Shown here: piece by piece, positions 34,783-42,394 of the stretch | Numbering within the stretch: position 1 is the first letter of the stretch | Layout: every line of letters starts with the position of its first letter | IMG/VR virus record: IMGVR_UViG_3300011441_000019 | Location: 1-42,394 of that record | Length of the DNA: 42,394 nucleotides | Direction: 5' to 3' (one strand) | DNA from: a virus | Taxonomy: Duplodnaviria > Caudoviricetes | The notes under the pieces: model-generated | The model's database searches: none | What the model was told of the DNA's origin: nothing | The model's input: only the letters and a program-made list of their open reading frames with translations | Position numbers and translations under genes: made by a program

Positions 34783-35081
34783 ACCTCCAACTTGCCGACC
34801 TCCAATCCCGTTACGGGCTCACCCGTCGGCGGGCCCGCAAGCTCATGCAACTCGTCGGCGCCTTCGCCACGGACGACCACAAAACGGCGGGCGACTTCCT
34901 CACCACCGACAAGATCCTCGAGCTGGCCCTGCTCGACGATTGGCTGGCGCGCAAGCAGAAGGAGCTCGCCGCCCGCCTCCGCACCGAACCCATGGAAAGC
35001 CTCACCCTCGAAATGGCGATGATCGCCCGTCTCGGCACCGCCGACCTCATCAAATCCTTCACCGACGACAAAGCCGCATGA
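34779..35081 (+). CDS. Hypothetical, possible HTH protein
   Basis: ATGA overlap; LADLQSRYGLTRRRARKLM. Confidence 0.6.
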   Translation: MNLQLADLQSRYGLTRRRARKLMQLVGAFATDDHKTAGDFLTTDKILELALLDDWLARKQKELAARLRTEPMESLTLEMAMIARLGTADLIKSFTDDKAA

Positions 35082-35163
35082 AACTCACCGCCAAAAACGT
35101 AAGCACCGTCATTCTCATCCATACGCGCGCCGCGGGCTCCGATCCAATCGGCAATCGCAAATC

Positions 35164-35442
35164 ATGAACCCACCCACTCCCTGCCTGTGTGGCGCGCCCA
35201 AGATGCGCGGCCAGATTGCCTGCCCGGCGCACTGGAAAGCCATGCCTCCCGAAGACCGTTGGCGCATCGCCTACCTGCCCCGCAAACAACAACAACCCGC
35301 CCTGCGCGAAACCCTCCAGCGCCTCGGCCTTTGGACCCCATCGCTTTCTCCCGTGCCGGTTGCTGTCACTCGGAAGGTGGCCGCAGCGCGCATCCCCGCG
35401 CCCGTGGTTGGACGGCCGGCCCGGGAGATCCAACCGCCATGA
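35164..35442 (+). CDS. Hypothetical protein with Cys/His motif
   Basis: CLCG...CPAHW; ATGA overlaps. Confidence 0.55.
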   Translation: MNPPTPCLCGAPKMRGQIACPAHWKAMPPEDRWRIAYLPRKQQQPALRETLQRLGLWTPSLSPVPVAVTRKVAAARIPAPVVGRPAREIQPP

Positions 35443-35993
35443 AAACCGCTTTCCCTTTATCCTGGCCGGATGGACGCCCGCGGACCCGCGGCGTCGATCG
35501 CCGTACGAACTACAACTTCAAGCAGACCTTCGCCGCCTCGCGGGATGGCTGCGCCCTGGAGATACGCCGGCTCGGCGGCGAGCAACTCATCATCTCCAGC
35601 AACGTGCCGCTCAAAACGGACGGCCTGCCCTTCGCCATGGATTGGGGCTCGAACCGCACCAAACAAGGCCAGCCCATCGGCGATCCGGGCGTGGCCGTGT
35701 ATTTCTTCCGCAAGGGCAAGCAACTCTGTTTCGCCTGCGACCGCTGGGCTCACATCCAGGACAACATGCACGCCATCACCCTCACCATCGCGGACAAAAC
35801 GCAGACGCACGATCAATGGCTGGTGCTGATGAAATTCGGGCTGCGCACTCTCCTGCAACACCAGGACGTGCTGCTGATGTGCCTCACCGATGAAGCACTC
35901 AAGGAAATGTCGCGGCAAGGCAATGGCTCGCTCCCCATGTCCGAGCTGATCGCCAAGATCATGCAGGAACTCGAACTGCGGTTCATCGCATGA
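35439..35993 (+). CDS. Phage protein related to the N-domain of J-domain proteins, J domain absent
   Basis: AFPLSWPDGRPRT, IISSNVPLKTDGLP, DPGVAVYF, ACDRW..IQDN motifs. Confidence 0.65.
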   Translation: MKTAFPLSWPDGRPRTRGVDRRTNYNFKQTFAASRDGCALEIRRLGGEQLIISSNVPLKTDGLPFAMDWGSNRTKQGQPIGDPGVAVYFFRKGKQLCFACDRWAHIQDNMHAITLTIADKTQTHDQWLVLMKFGLRTLLQHQDVLLMCLTDEALKEMSRQGNGSLPMSELIAKIMQELELRFIA

Positions 35994-37000
35994 GCGACAC
36001 CACCAAAATCCAGTGGGCCACGCACACGGGCGGGCCGTATCTTGGATGCTACCCGGTGTCACCCGGCTGCGTGAATTGTTACGCATGGGCGCTGGCTGAA
36101 TCCAGACTCGAACTCATTTTCCGCCGCGCCTACCAAGCGGCTGGTTTCAAAGATTGGAAAACGCGCCCCGTGTGGGGAAGAGAAGCGACCCGCGTTTTGT
36201 CGAAAGGCTTTTGGAAGGATGCGGTGAGCGTGAATCGGCACCATGCCAAGGCTGGCACGCGCGGGCGCTGGTTTCCTTCGATGATCGATTGGCTGGAGGA
36301 CATGCCCGGCGGAATCATCGATCAGGATGGCAAGAAGCTTGATCCCGTGGCCGTGCTGGCCGATTTCCTAAAGCTCATCCACGACACCCCGAACCTCGAT
36401 TGGCTCCTCCTCACCAAGCGCCCGGAGAACTGGTATGGTCGATTGTTCCAGGCAGAAAACGAAGTGAACGATGGGGCCGTAACGGACTGGCTGGAAACTT
36501 GGCTGGCTGATGGCGTGGCACCACACAACGTCTGGCTCGGCGTCTCCGTGGAAGACCAGCCGCGCGCCGATGAACGCATTCCGGAGCTGCTGAAGATTCC
36601 TGCCGCCGTCCGTTTCCTTTCCCTCGAGCCATTGCTGGGCCCCGTCGATTTGAGCCGGTGGACAACCCCGCCCCGTGCAATTGATCGAGAATTCTTGAAA
36701 TCCTTTTGGGGCATCCTCGGCGGCGAGAGCGGCCCTGGCGCGCGCCCGTGTAACGTGGAATGGATTCGCGACCTCCTGCGCCAATGCCAGGCCGCTGGCG
36801 TCCCTTGTTTCGTGAAGCAGGTCGGAACCCGACCGTACTACGGCGACCCTGAGCGCGGGGCCCAGGAAGGATCACGGTTCGGAAAATGGATTGAACTTCG
36901 CCACCCCAAAGGCGGCGACCTCACCGAGTGGCCCGAGGACCTCCGCATCCGCCAATTCCCTCGACCCTCGACTCTCATCGACCCTCGCCCCTCTCCATGA
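35990..37000 (+). CDS. DUF5131 / phage Gp37-Gp68 family (radical-SAM-like)
   Basis: TKIQWATHT, GCYPVSPGCVNCYA, LLLTKRPEN, GVSVEDQ, FLSLEPLLG, GGESG, FVKQ. Confidence 0.92.
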   Translation: MSDTTKIQWATHTGGPYLGCYPVSPGCVNCYAWALAESRLELIFRRAYQAAGFKDWKTRPVWGREATRVLSKGFWKDAVSVNRHHAKAGTRGRWFPSMIDWLEDMPGGIIDQDGKKLDPVAVLADFLKLIHDTPNLDWLLLTKRPENWYGRLFQAENEVNDGAVTDWLETWLADGVAPHNVWLGVSVEDQPRADERIPELLKIPAAVRFLSLEPLLGPVDLSRWTTPPRAIDREFLKSFWGILGGESGPGARPCNVEWIRDLLRQCQAAGVPCFVKQVGTRPYYGDPERGAQEGSRFGKWIELRHPKGGDLTEWPEDLRIRQFPRPSTLIDPRPSP

Positions 37001-37257
37001 CCTTCCTTCTCTTCCTCCTCGTCGCCCTCGTCGCCTTCGCGCTGGGCGTCGCCATCATGAACAGCTTTTGGCGCCGGCGCGTGAGCCAGGTGGAACACGA
37101 CGTCACCCAGCTCAAGCACGTCATCGATGGCCAGAGCCACGCCGCCAATGCGCTGCGCGCCGAGAACGCGCGCCTGCGCGTCGATAACCAGAACCTCCGC
37201 CGCACCTTCACCTTCGGCGCGATCTCCAAAGCCCATGAACTCCCAACCCCAAAATGA
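36997..37257 (+). CDS. Membrane-anchored coiled-coil protein
   Basis: N-terminal TM then heptad repeats. Confidence 0.6.
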   Translation: MTFLLFLLVALVAFALGVAIMNSFWRRRVSQVEHDVTQLKHVIDGQSHAANALRAENARLRVDNQNLRRTFTFGAISKAHELPTPK

Positions 37258-37801
37258 AATCGATCTCGGCCCCTGTTGCGTTTGCGAAGGACCGAACGCG
37301 CGGGTGATCCTGAACCTCCCCTTTGCCAGCCCCGGGGCCCGCGGCTGGGCCTGCTTCACCTGCGGCGTCGGCGCCGCGGACGGCGCCGCCAAAGGCGCCA
37401 TTGCCGTGCTGTGCGAACCGTGCGCCGCACCCGTCGAGAGAGAAGGGCGAGACCCCGCCACCTTCCTGCGGTTCGTCTGCGATGGCGACGATTCCAAACA
37501 CCGCGTTCCCCTTGCCGGCCTCAACCTCGCCCCGCGCTTCGGGCACGACATGGCGTTGCACCAGGAGACTTGGAAATGCGCCCGGTGCGGCTGCACGCAA
37601 GACACGCCCTGCGAACACTCGGATGGAGAAAGCTGCGCGTGGGTTCACGCCACGCTCTGCACCGCCTGTGCCTCCGCTGACGAATTGCAGGCCCTGGCAA
37701 AGGACTTTGAACGATTCGGCCGCGAACAAGAGCGCGCCATGCTGCGCTTCCTCTACGCGCGCACGCCCGCCGAAGTGAGCCGCATCATTGTGCCCGGATG
37801 A
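37235..37801 (+). CDS. Cys-rich multi zinc-finger protein
   Basis: Several CxxC pairs, including CARCGCT...C...CAWV...LCTAC. Confidence 0.65.
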   Translation: MNSQPQNEIDLGPCCVCEGPNARVILNLPFASPGARGWACFTCGVGAADGAAKGAIAVLCEPCAAPVEREGRDPATFLRFVCDGDDSKHRVPLAGLNLAPRFGHDMALHQETWKCARCGCTQDTPCEHSDGESCAWVHATLCTACASADELQALAKDFERFGREQERAMLRFLYARTPAEVSRIIVPG

Positions 37802-38187
37802 AAAACCCAAAAGCCCTAATGAACACACAAGCCCAAGCCCAGCCGCCCGCGCCCACCCCGCTCCCGCTCCCGCTCTCCCCAGCCGAGCTCAAACAATTTC
37901 TCGAGCGCATCCACCGGCAGATACAGGCGAACCGGGAAGCCATCGCGGAAGACGAACCGAACTGGACCGACCCGCGCCGCGAGCTCTGGCAACAACTGCT
38001 CGATTGCGAGTACTACGCGCTACAATCCATCGAGGCCATGGACGAACTGGCGGAGGGCGGCTACGTCTGCAACCGCTGCCGCGGCTCCGGCGAGATTGTC
38101 GCGCCGCCGGTGTATCCGCGCTTCCATCGCGCCACAGGCGTCTGCCCGGATTGCCACGGCGAAGGCAAAGTCGCCCTGCGCACATGA
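37798..38187 (+). CDS. Protein with DnaJ-type CxxCxGxG zinc finger
   Basis: CNRCRGSG and CPDCHGEG. Confidence 0.65.
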   Translation: MKNPKALMNTQAQAQPPAPTPLPLPLSPAELKQFLERIHRQIQANREAIAEDEPNWTDPRRELWQQLLDCEYYALQSIEAMDELAEGGYVCNRCRGSGEIVAPPVYPRFHRATGVCPDCHGEGKVALRT

Positions 38188-38474
38188 ACTCCGCGGGCCA
38201 CCTCATTGCCGCGGTCCTGGTGAAAGACCACGCGGCCCGAATGCACCTCCTCGATCGCCACTGGCGCATCCTGGTCAACGAACACCACTGGCACCGGTGC
38301 CATCCCACCGGCACGCAACTGCCCATGCGCGAGCACGCGCACAATCCCTGGCGCGAGCTCAACGCGATCATGACCCTCAACGGCGAGACGCCGCACGGGT
38401 TTGAAGACATGGTCTATGAGCAACTCCGCCAGGCCAGCCTCATCGAACCCGCCGCCCACTTTGCCGTCGCATGA
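38184..38474 (+). CDS. Hypothetical His-rich protein
   Basis: ATGA overlaps at both ends. Confidence 0.55.
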   Translation: MNSAGHLIAAVLVKDHAARMHLLDRHWRILVNEHHWHRCHPTGTQLPMREHAHNPWRELNAIMTLNGETPHGFEDMVYEQLRQASLIEPAAHFAVA

Positions 38475-38707
38475 GCTACCGCCGCGTTACCTGGCGCCGG
38501 GTTGATCGCAGCCTGCCCGATGACGAGCTCACCGTGCTGCTCGCCTTGGCGGACGGCGAAGTGTGGACCGGCTTCCGCGACGCCGGGCAGTGGCGCTACG
38601 TCTCCGCCGACCCCATTGACGCGGCCGTCACCCACTGGGCCGAATTCCCGCTGCCCCCGCGGAAGAAAAAAACTCCATCTGCGGTTAAAAAAGGAACCCA
38701 TGCCTGA
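38471..38707 (+). CDS. DUF551-like protein
   Basis: W..V...LPD...VL...W...VTHWAEFPLPP. Confidence 0.7.
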   Translation: MSYRRVTWRRVDRSLPDDELTVLLALADGEVWTGFRDAGQWRYVSADPIDAAVTHWAEFPLPPRKKKTPSAVKKGTHA

Positions 38708-39347
38708 ATTTGGAAAGCCCGAACTCCGCGCCCTGCTCGCGGCGTTCTCCTGTTGCAACGGACAATGGCAGGCGCCGCTCGATGCGGTGCTGGCCGCCTT
38801 CCGCCGTCCGGATGAAGGCCTGCGCGTGCTGCGCGGCCTCCACCCGGGTTTCCTCCAATTCGACGAAGCTGCCCGCACCCTCATGCTCATGCGCGGGCGC
38901 ATTGCCGAAACCCTCGGGCTGCCTCCGTTGGAGAGGCAGCCCGCCTTGTTCCCGAAGGATGAATTTGCCTCCGCCATGGCGGAAGCAGATTCTCCGGACC
39001 CACCCGCGCGCGCGGCACTCCCGCGCGCGCACCATGGTCATGTCATGCTTCATGATCATGATCCGGATCATGCCTTAAACATGGATCATGATCGAAATGC
39101 GCGTGGGAGCCGCGCCAACCAGTTGCTCGTCGAGCATATCTTTCCCGGCCTGCGGGAGGATTACCGCCAGGCCTGGACCCGGCGTGTGGCCGAGAACGCG
39201 CGGCTGGTCGAACTGAGCATCGAGGAGGCGCTCATGCCCCGGGCCCGCAACGGCGTGATGGCGCCGGCCCGCAACCTGGTCGCCTACGCGAACCGTTTTT
39301 ACCTCGACCACATCCGCAAGGCGGGGCCGCGCCGCACCACCGTATGA
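38700..39347 (+). CDS. Hypothetical, possible replication initiator
   Basis: Two helical domains separated by a linker encoded by a CATG/GATC repeat; C-terminal RNLVAYA. Confidence 0.45.
   Translation: MPEFGKPELRALLAAFSCCNGQWQAPLDAVLAAFRRPDEGLRVLRGLHPGFLQFDEAARTLMLMRGRIAETLGLPPLERQPALFPKDEFASAMAEADSPDPPARAALPRAHHGHVMLHDHDPDHALNMDHDRNARGSRANQLLVEHIFPGLREDYRQAWTRRVAENARLVELSIEEALMPRARNGVMAPARNLVAYANRFYLDHIRKAGPRRTTV
39033..39093. repeat. CATG/GATC cluster, candidate replication origin
   Basis: 8 CATG and 5 GATC in 61 bp, counted directly. Confidence 0.75.
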
Positions 39348-40171
39348 CAAACGCACCACAAAGACCGGTGCTGCGCTATCACGGTGGCAAATGGCTGCTG
39401 GCACCGTGGATCATCAGCCACTTTCCTGAACATCGGATTTATGTCGAACCGTTCGGCGGCGCTGCCAGCGTGCTGATGCAAAAGCCGCGTTGTTACTCGG
39501 AGGTTTACAATGAGCGGAGCGGCGAGGTGGTGAACCTGTTTCGCGTATTGCGAGAGCGGGGCCACGAACTGCGTGAGGCCCTGATGACGACGCCATTTGC
39601 CCGTGACGAATATCGATGCAGCTTTGAGCCGTGCACCGACGAGTTGGAGTCGGCGCGCCGACTCGTAGTCCGCAGCTTTCAAGGGTTTGGTTCCAACAGC
39701 AATCGGCGCGAGGTGCGTTCTGGGTTTCGCAACAACGCAAACAGATCAGGGACGACACCAGCGCACGACTGGGAGCATTTGCCGCACTGCATGGACGCGA
39801 TGATTGATCGTCTTCGAGGGGTGGTGATTGAGAACAAGGACGCCATGGACCTAATGCAGCAAATGGATAGAAACGACGTCCTGCACTACTGCGATCCACC
39901 GTATCCGCACAGCACCAGAATGGAGTCGAGCGCAACCAAGGGTTACGACCACGAGATGTCGGATGACGATCACCGGCGCATGGCCAAGGTACTCAATGCG
40001 CTCAACGGCAGCGTGGTTTTGAGTGGGTATCCATGTGTGCTTTACGACGAGGAATTATTCCCGCACTGGCACCGCTTATCTCGCCGGGCACTAGCAGACG
40101 GCGCTCGCGAACGGACGGAGTGCCTGTGGTTGAACCCGCGGGCAGTCGATGCGAATCGGAGGCTTCTATGA
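39344..40171 (+). CDS. DNA adenine methyltransferase (Dam/D12 class)
   Basis: RYHGGK, YVEPFGGAAS, YCDPPY, VVLSGY. Confidence 0.93.
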   Translation: MTNAPQRPVLRYHGGKWLLAPWIISHFPEHRIYVEPFGGAASVLMQKPRCYSEVYNERSGEVVNLFRVLRERGHELREALMTTPFARDEYRCSFEPCTDELESARRLVVRSFQGFGSNSNRREVRSGFRNNANRSGTTPAHDWEHLPHCMDAMIDRLRGVVIENKDAMDLMQQMDRNDVLHYCDPPYPHSTRMESSATKGYDHEMSDDDHRRMAKVLNALNGSVVLSGYPCVLYDEELFPHWHRLSRRALADGARERTECLWLNPRAVDANRRLL

Positions 40172-40181
40172 GACCGACTCC

Positions 40182-40433
40182 ATGACAAACGAAATCTATC
40201 AAGTGACGCAGGACCAACTGGTCATCGGCGCCAGGTATTTGTCGGCGCTGGACATGGACGGCTTCCGGGCGCGCATCTCCAGGAGCGAGGCGATTGCGCC
40301 CATCGTGGACCCCACCCTTTATCGCCAGGCGCACCGGCGTTTGGAAGCGATCAACAATCTGGCCGCGGCCGCGCAATCCGTTCAGGCCGCCCTGCGCGCG
40401 CTCAACGCAGTGGTGTCTTCGGAGGACTCATGA
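40182..40433 (+). CDS. Hypothetical protein
   Basis: 83 aa helical ORF. Confidence 0.6.
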   Translation: MTNEIYQVTQDQLVIGARYLSALDMDGFRARISRSEAIAPIVDPTLYRQAHRRLEAINNLAAAAQSVQAALRALNAVVSSEDS

Positions 40434-40741
40434 GCGACCTACCCGACATTGAGTGTCCGCGTTGCCATCGGATCAACTTCGGTTGGCAGCCGCGGGTGAG
40501 CTGCGAGAAATGCCACTGGACGATTCGCCCATCGCCGGTCGCGACGCCCTTCGGCTTCGATGTTCTCATCGAGCAACGCACCATGAATCTCATCTCCGGC
40601 GAGCCCATGGTCCGACACTACAAAGGCAATGAGACGACCGCACGCCGGCGCGCGAGGACTTTCGGGCGCGTCGTCGCCGTCGTGCCGTTGAGCAAGGAAC
40701 AATGGATCGCCGCCTACGGCGATCCTGACGTGCGCGATTGA
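40430..40741 (+). CDS. Zinc-ribbon protein
   Basis: CPRC...CEKC. Confidence 0.6.
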   Translation: MSDLPDIECPRCHRINFGWQPRVSCEKCHWTIRPSPVATPFGFDVLIEQRTMNLISGEPMVRHYKGNETTARRRARTFGRVVAVVPLSKEQWIAAYGDPDVRD

Positions 40742-40781
40742 TCTCCGTTCCGCCCCCGAATTGACTTATTTTCCGGCGGTT

Positions 40782-41375
40782 GTGACTCACACCCACGGCG
40801 CCGGACCATCAGTGCCGCTCGAATGGAACAACGGGCAACCCGTCCCAATTGCCATCCAGCATTTTGATTTCGAGGCGCTCGATTCCCCCGAGGACATCGC
40901 CAAAGAACTCCTCTCCGCCGGCCACAGCCTGGCCGAGGCCCTCGAGGAACGCGCCATCGCCCTCCTCAAGTTCGGCACCGCCGCCCAGCTCACCCGGCTC
41001 ATGCCCCGCCTCCAGGCCCAGTTCCGCGATGCCATCGTGGCCGACACCCTCTCTTACCTGGCCTCCAGTGATAACGCCAAGCTCGACGTCCAGTTGCTTT
41101 CCGTGGCCATCGACCTCAGCCACATGCAAGGCGCCAAAGTGCCCGACGTCTGCCGCGCCTTCGGGATCCGCAAACAAGCCGGCTACCAGCGCCTCGAGCG
41201 ACTCCTCGCCGCCCACGGGCTCACCCATCTGCGCACCGATCGGCGCTCGCCGGAAGCACGCGCCAGGATGCGCCGCCGCAACTATCGGCACCGTGAGAGT
41301 GGTCGAGAGCCGAAGGTCGAGAGACGAGAGCCCGAGCCATCGACCATCGACCCTCGGCCCTCGACAGCCGCATGA
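40782..41375 (+). CDS. HTH protein resembling sigma70 region 4; candidate late regulator
   Basis: QGAKVPDVCRAFGIRKQAGYQRLERL; GTG 15 nt after TTGACT. Confidence 0.55.
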   Translation: MTHTHGAGPSVPLEWNNGQPVPIAIQHFDFEALDSPEDIAKELLSAGHSLAEALEERAIALLKFGTAAQLTRLMPRLQAQFRDAIVADTLSYLASSDNAKLDVQLLSVAIDLSHMQGAKVPDVCRAFGIRKQAGYQRLERLLAAHGLTHLRTDRRSPEARARMRRRNYRHRESGREPKVERREPEPSTIDPRPSTAA

Positions 41376-42013
41376 ACGCCCTCTCCCTTCCGCATTACGA
41401 TTTCACCGCCGCGCCGGACAACCGGTTCGCGGCCATCACCCTGGAAGAATGGCGCGTCCTCTGGCGCGGCGTCGGCCAGTGGCGCCGGGCCGAGCAATGG
41501 CTCTACGGCGATCTCTTCAACGCCGGACGCCGGTTCGTGACCGTCAAACCCGGACAGGCGATGCTGGAAGACGATTGGGCGGAGGAAGTTTTGAAGCTCA
41601 TTCCCCACGTGGGGATTGAAAGCAAGACCCTCGTCAACTGGGGCCACGTGGCCACCGCCTACCCGCCGGCGCGCCGTTGGAGCGGACTCTCCTGGGCGCA
41701 TCACCGCGAAATAGTCCACCTGCCCCTGGGCGAACGGGCCGCCTGGCTCAAGAAAGCCGATTCCAATGGCTGGACGGTGGCCGACCTGCGCGAGCACGCC
41801 CTGGCCGCCGAGCGCCCGGAACCGGACGGCCCGCCCGCGCCGTGGTTTGTTCCGCGGCGCTGGGCCCTGGACGTGCGCCGCTGGTGCAAGGAAGCCTTCA
41901 CTGCGCCCGTGCCGGACCCGGAATTCCTCGCCTCCTTCAAGCGCGACGTGGAATGCCGCGTGGCTCTGGGCCACGGGCACGAGCTGGTGGTCGAAGTCCG
42001 CAAAGCCGCGTGA
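41372..42013 (+). CDS. LmbU-like DNA-binding protein
   Basis: QWLYGD, RRWSGLSWAHHREIV, WLKKADSNGWTVADLR motifs. Confidence 0.65.
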   Translation: MNALSLPHYDFTAAPDNRFAAITLEEWRVLWRGVGQWRRAEQWLYGDLFNAGRRFVTVKPGQAMLEDDWAEEVLKLIPHVGIESKTLVNWGHVATAYPPARRWSGLSWAHHREIVHLPLGERAAWLKKADSNGWTVADLREHALAAERPEPDGPPAPWFVPRRWALDVRRWCKEAFTAPVPDPEFLASFKRDVECRVALGHGHELVVEVRKAA

Positions 42014-42022
42014 CGGAAGGTT

Positions 42023-42073
42023 TAGGGCCAGTCGCGCTGCGACGGCCCCCGCCCGCGCAGCAGCGGGCAGAAC
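42023..42073 (+). repeat. GTAG-type REP element (diverged copy 2)
   Basis: TAGGGCCAGTCGCGCTGCGACGGCCCCCGCCCGCGCAGCAGCGGGCAGAAC, inverse homologue of 14743-14794. Confidence 0.65.
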
Positions 42074-42077
42074 TAAA

Positions 42078-42394
42078 ATGAAAAAGAAATCCACGGGAAG
42101 CCGGACTCCGGCCATCCATTGCCGGCACGACGGCACCAAACCCGCCGCGGAATTCCGGCCGCACCCCAAGAACTGGCACACCCATCCGCCGGGGCAGCTC
42201 AAGCTCTACGCGAAGATCATCCGCAGCACCGGCTGGCGCCGGGCCGTGGTGGTGAGCAAGCGCAGCGGGTTCATCACCAAAGGCCACGGCGCCGTCCTCG
42301 CCGCTCGCGCGCACGACCTGGGCCCAGTGCCCTTCGAGGTGCAGCCGTACAAGAGCGATGCCGAGGAACTCGCGGACCTCACCGCGGACAACAA
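42078..42394 (+). CDS. ParB/Srx-like protein, N-terminal part (not in ORF track)
   Basis: PHPKNWHTHP..Q...I...GWRRAVVV...FITKGHG...LTADN; open to window end. Confidence 0.88.
   Translation, partial: MKKKSTGSRTPAIHCRHDGTKPAAEFRPHPKNWHTHPPGQLKLYAKIIRSTGWRRAVVVSKRSGFITKGHGAVLAARAHDLGPVPFEVQPYKSDAEELADLTADN

Larger units (their letters stand above)
1..42394. mobile_element. Complete (circular) temperate tailed phage genome, siphovirus-like
   Basis: Terminase, portal, protease, capsid, tail, integrase and one attP core are all present. The last ORF (42078->) joins base 1 in frame. Confidence 0.93.

Noticed and set aside
1-42394. CRISPR array, DGR or retron
   Set aside because: No regularly spaced 25-40 bp repeats, no reverse transcriptase motif and no TR/VR pair seen.

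Overview
The window looks like a complete, circularly permuted ~42.4 kb genome of a GC-rich temperate tailed phage. A ParB-like ORF starting at 42078 runs off the right end and continues in frame at base 1, and a single attP core matching a tRNA-His 3' end lies 20 bp downstream of a tyrosine integrase. Module order: ParB / ABC-ATPase-GNAT DNA-modification locus; early accessory operon (DUF932, histone-fold-like protein, clamp-loader-like AAA+, ASCH); TerS/TerL; holin-like genes; portal, S49 protease, scaffold, P22-coat-like capsid; non-contractile tail genes; adhesin-like fibre; a MITE-interrupted gene; attP/integrase; a PAS + twin ribbon-helix-helix switch; early/replication genes with an adenine methylase. 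The host is inferred, not shown, to be Verrucomicrobiota, from a C-terminal 'STNL..W...FFRL' export-type domain, TN-rich secreted proteins and REP styles. Most notable: (1) a YTGACT-N14-16-start-codon motif before 13 mostly late genes, including a sigma-region-4-like HTH gene; (2) virion-type proteins with export signals: a capsid protein with a 51-aa hydrophobic leader and two TN-rich fibre/spike proteins with Sec signal peptides, with no recognisable endolysin; (3) a 486-bp IS1595-like MITE with exact TIR/TSD carrying structured RNAs and a truncated NYN nuclease start; (4) an RHH/RHH + PAS lysogeny switch; (5) a CATG/GATC array next to the methylase. All family assignments are from motif recognition by eye; no searches were run.
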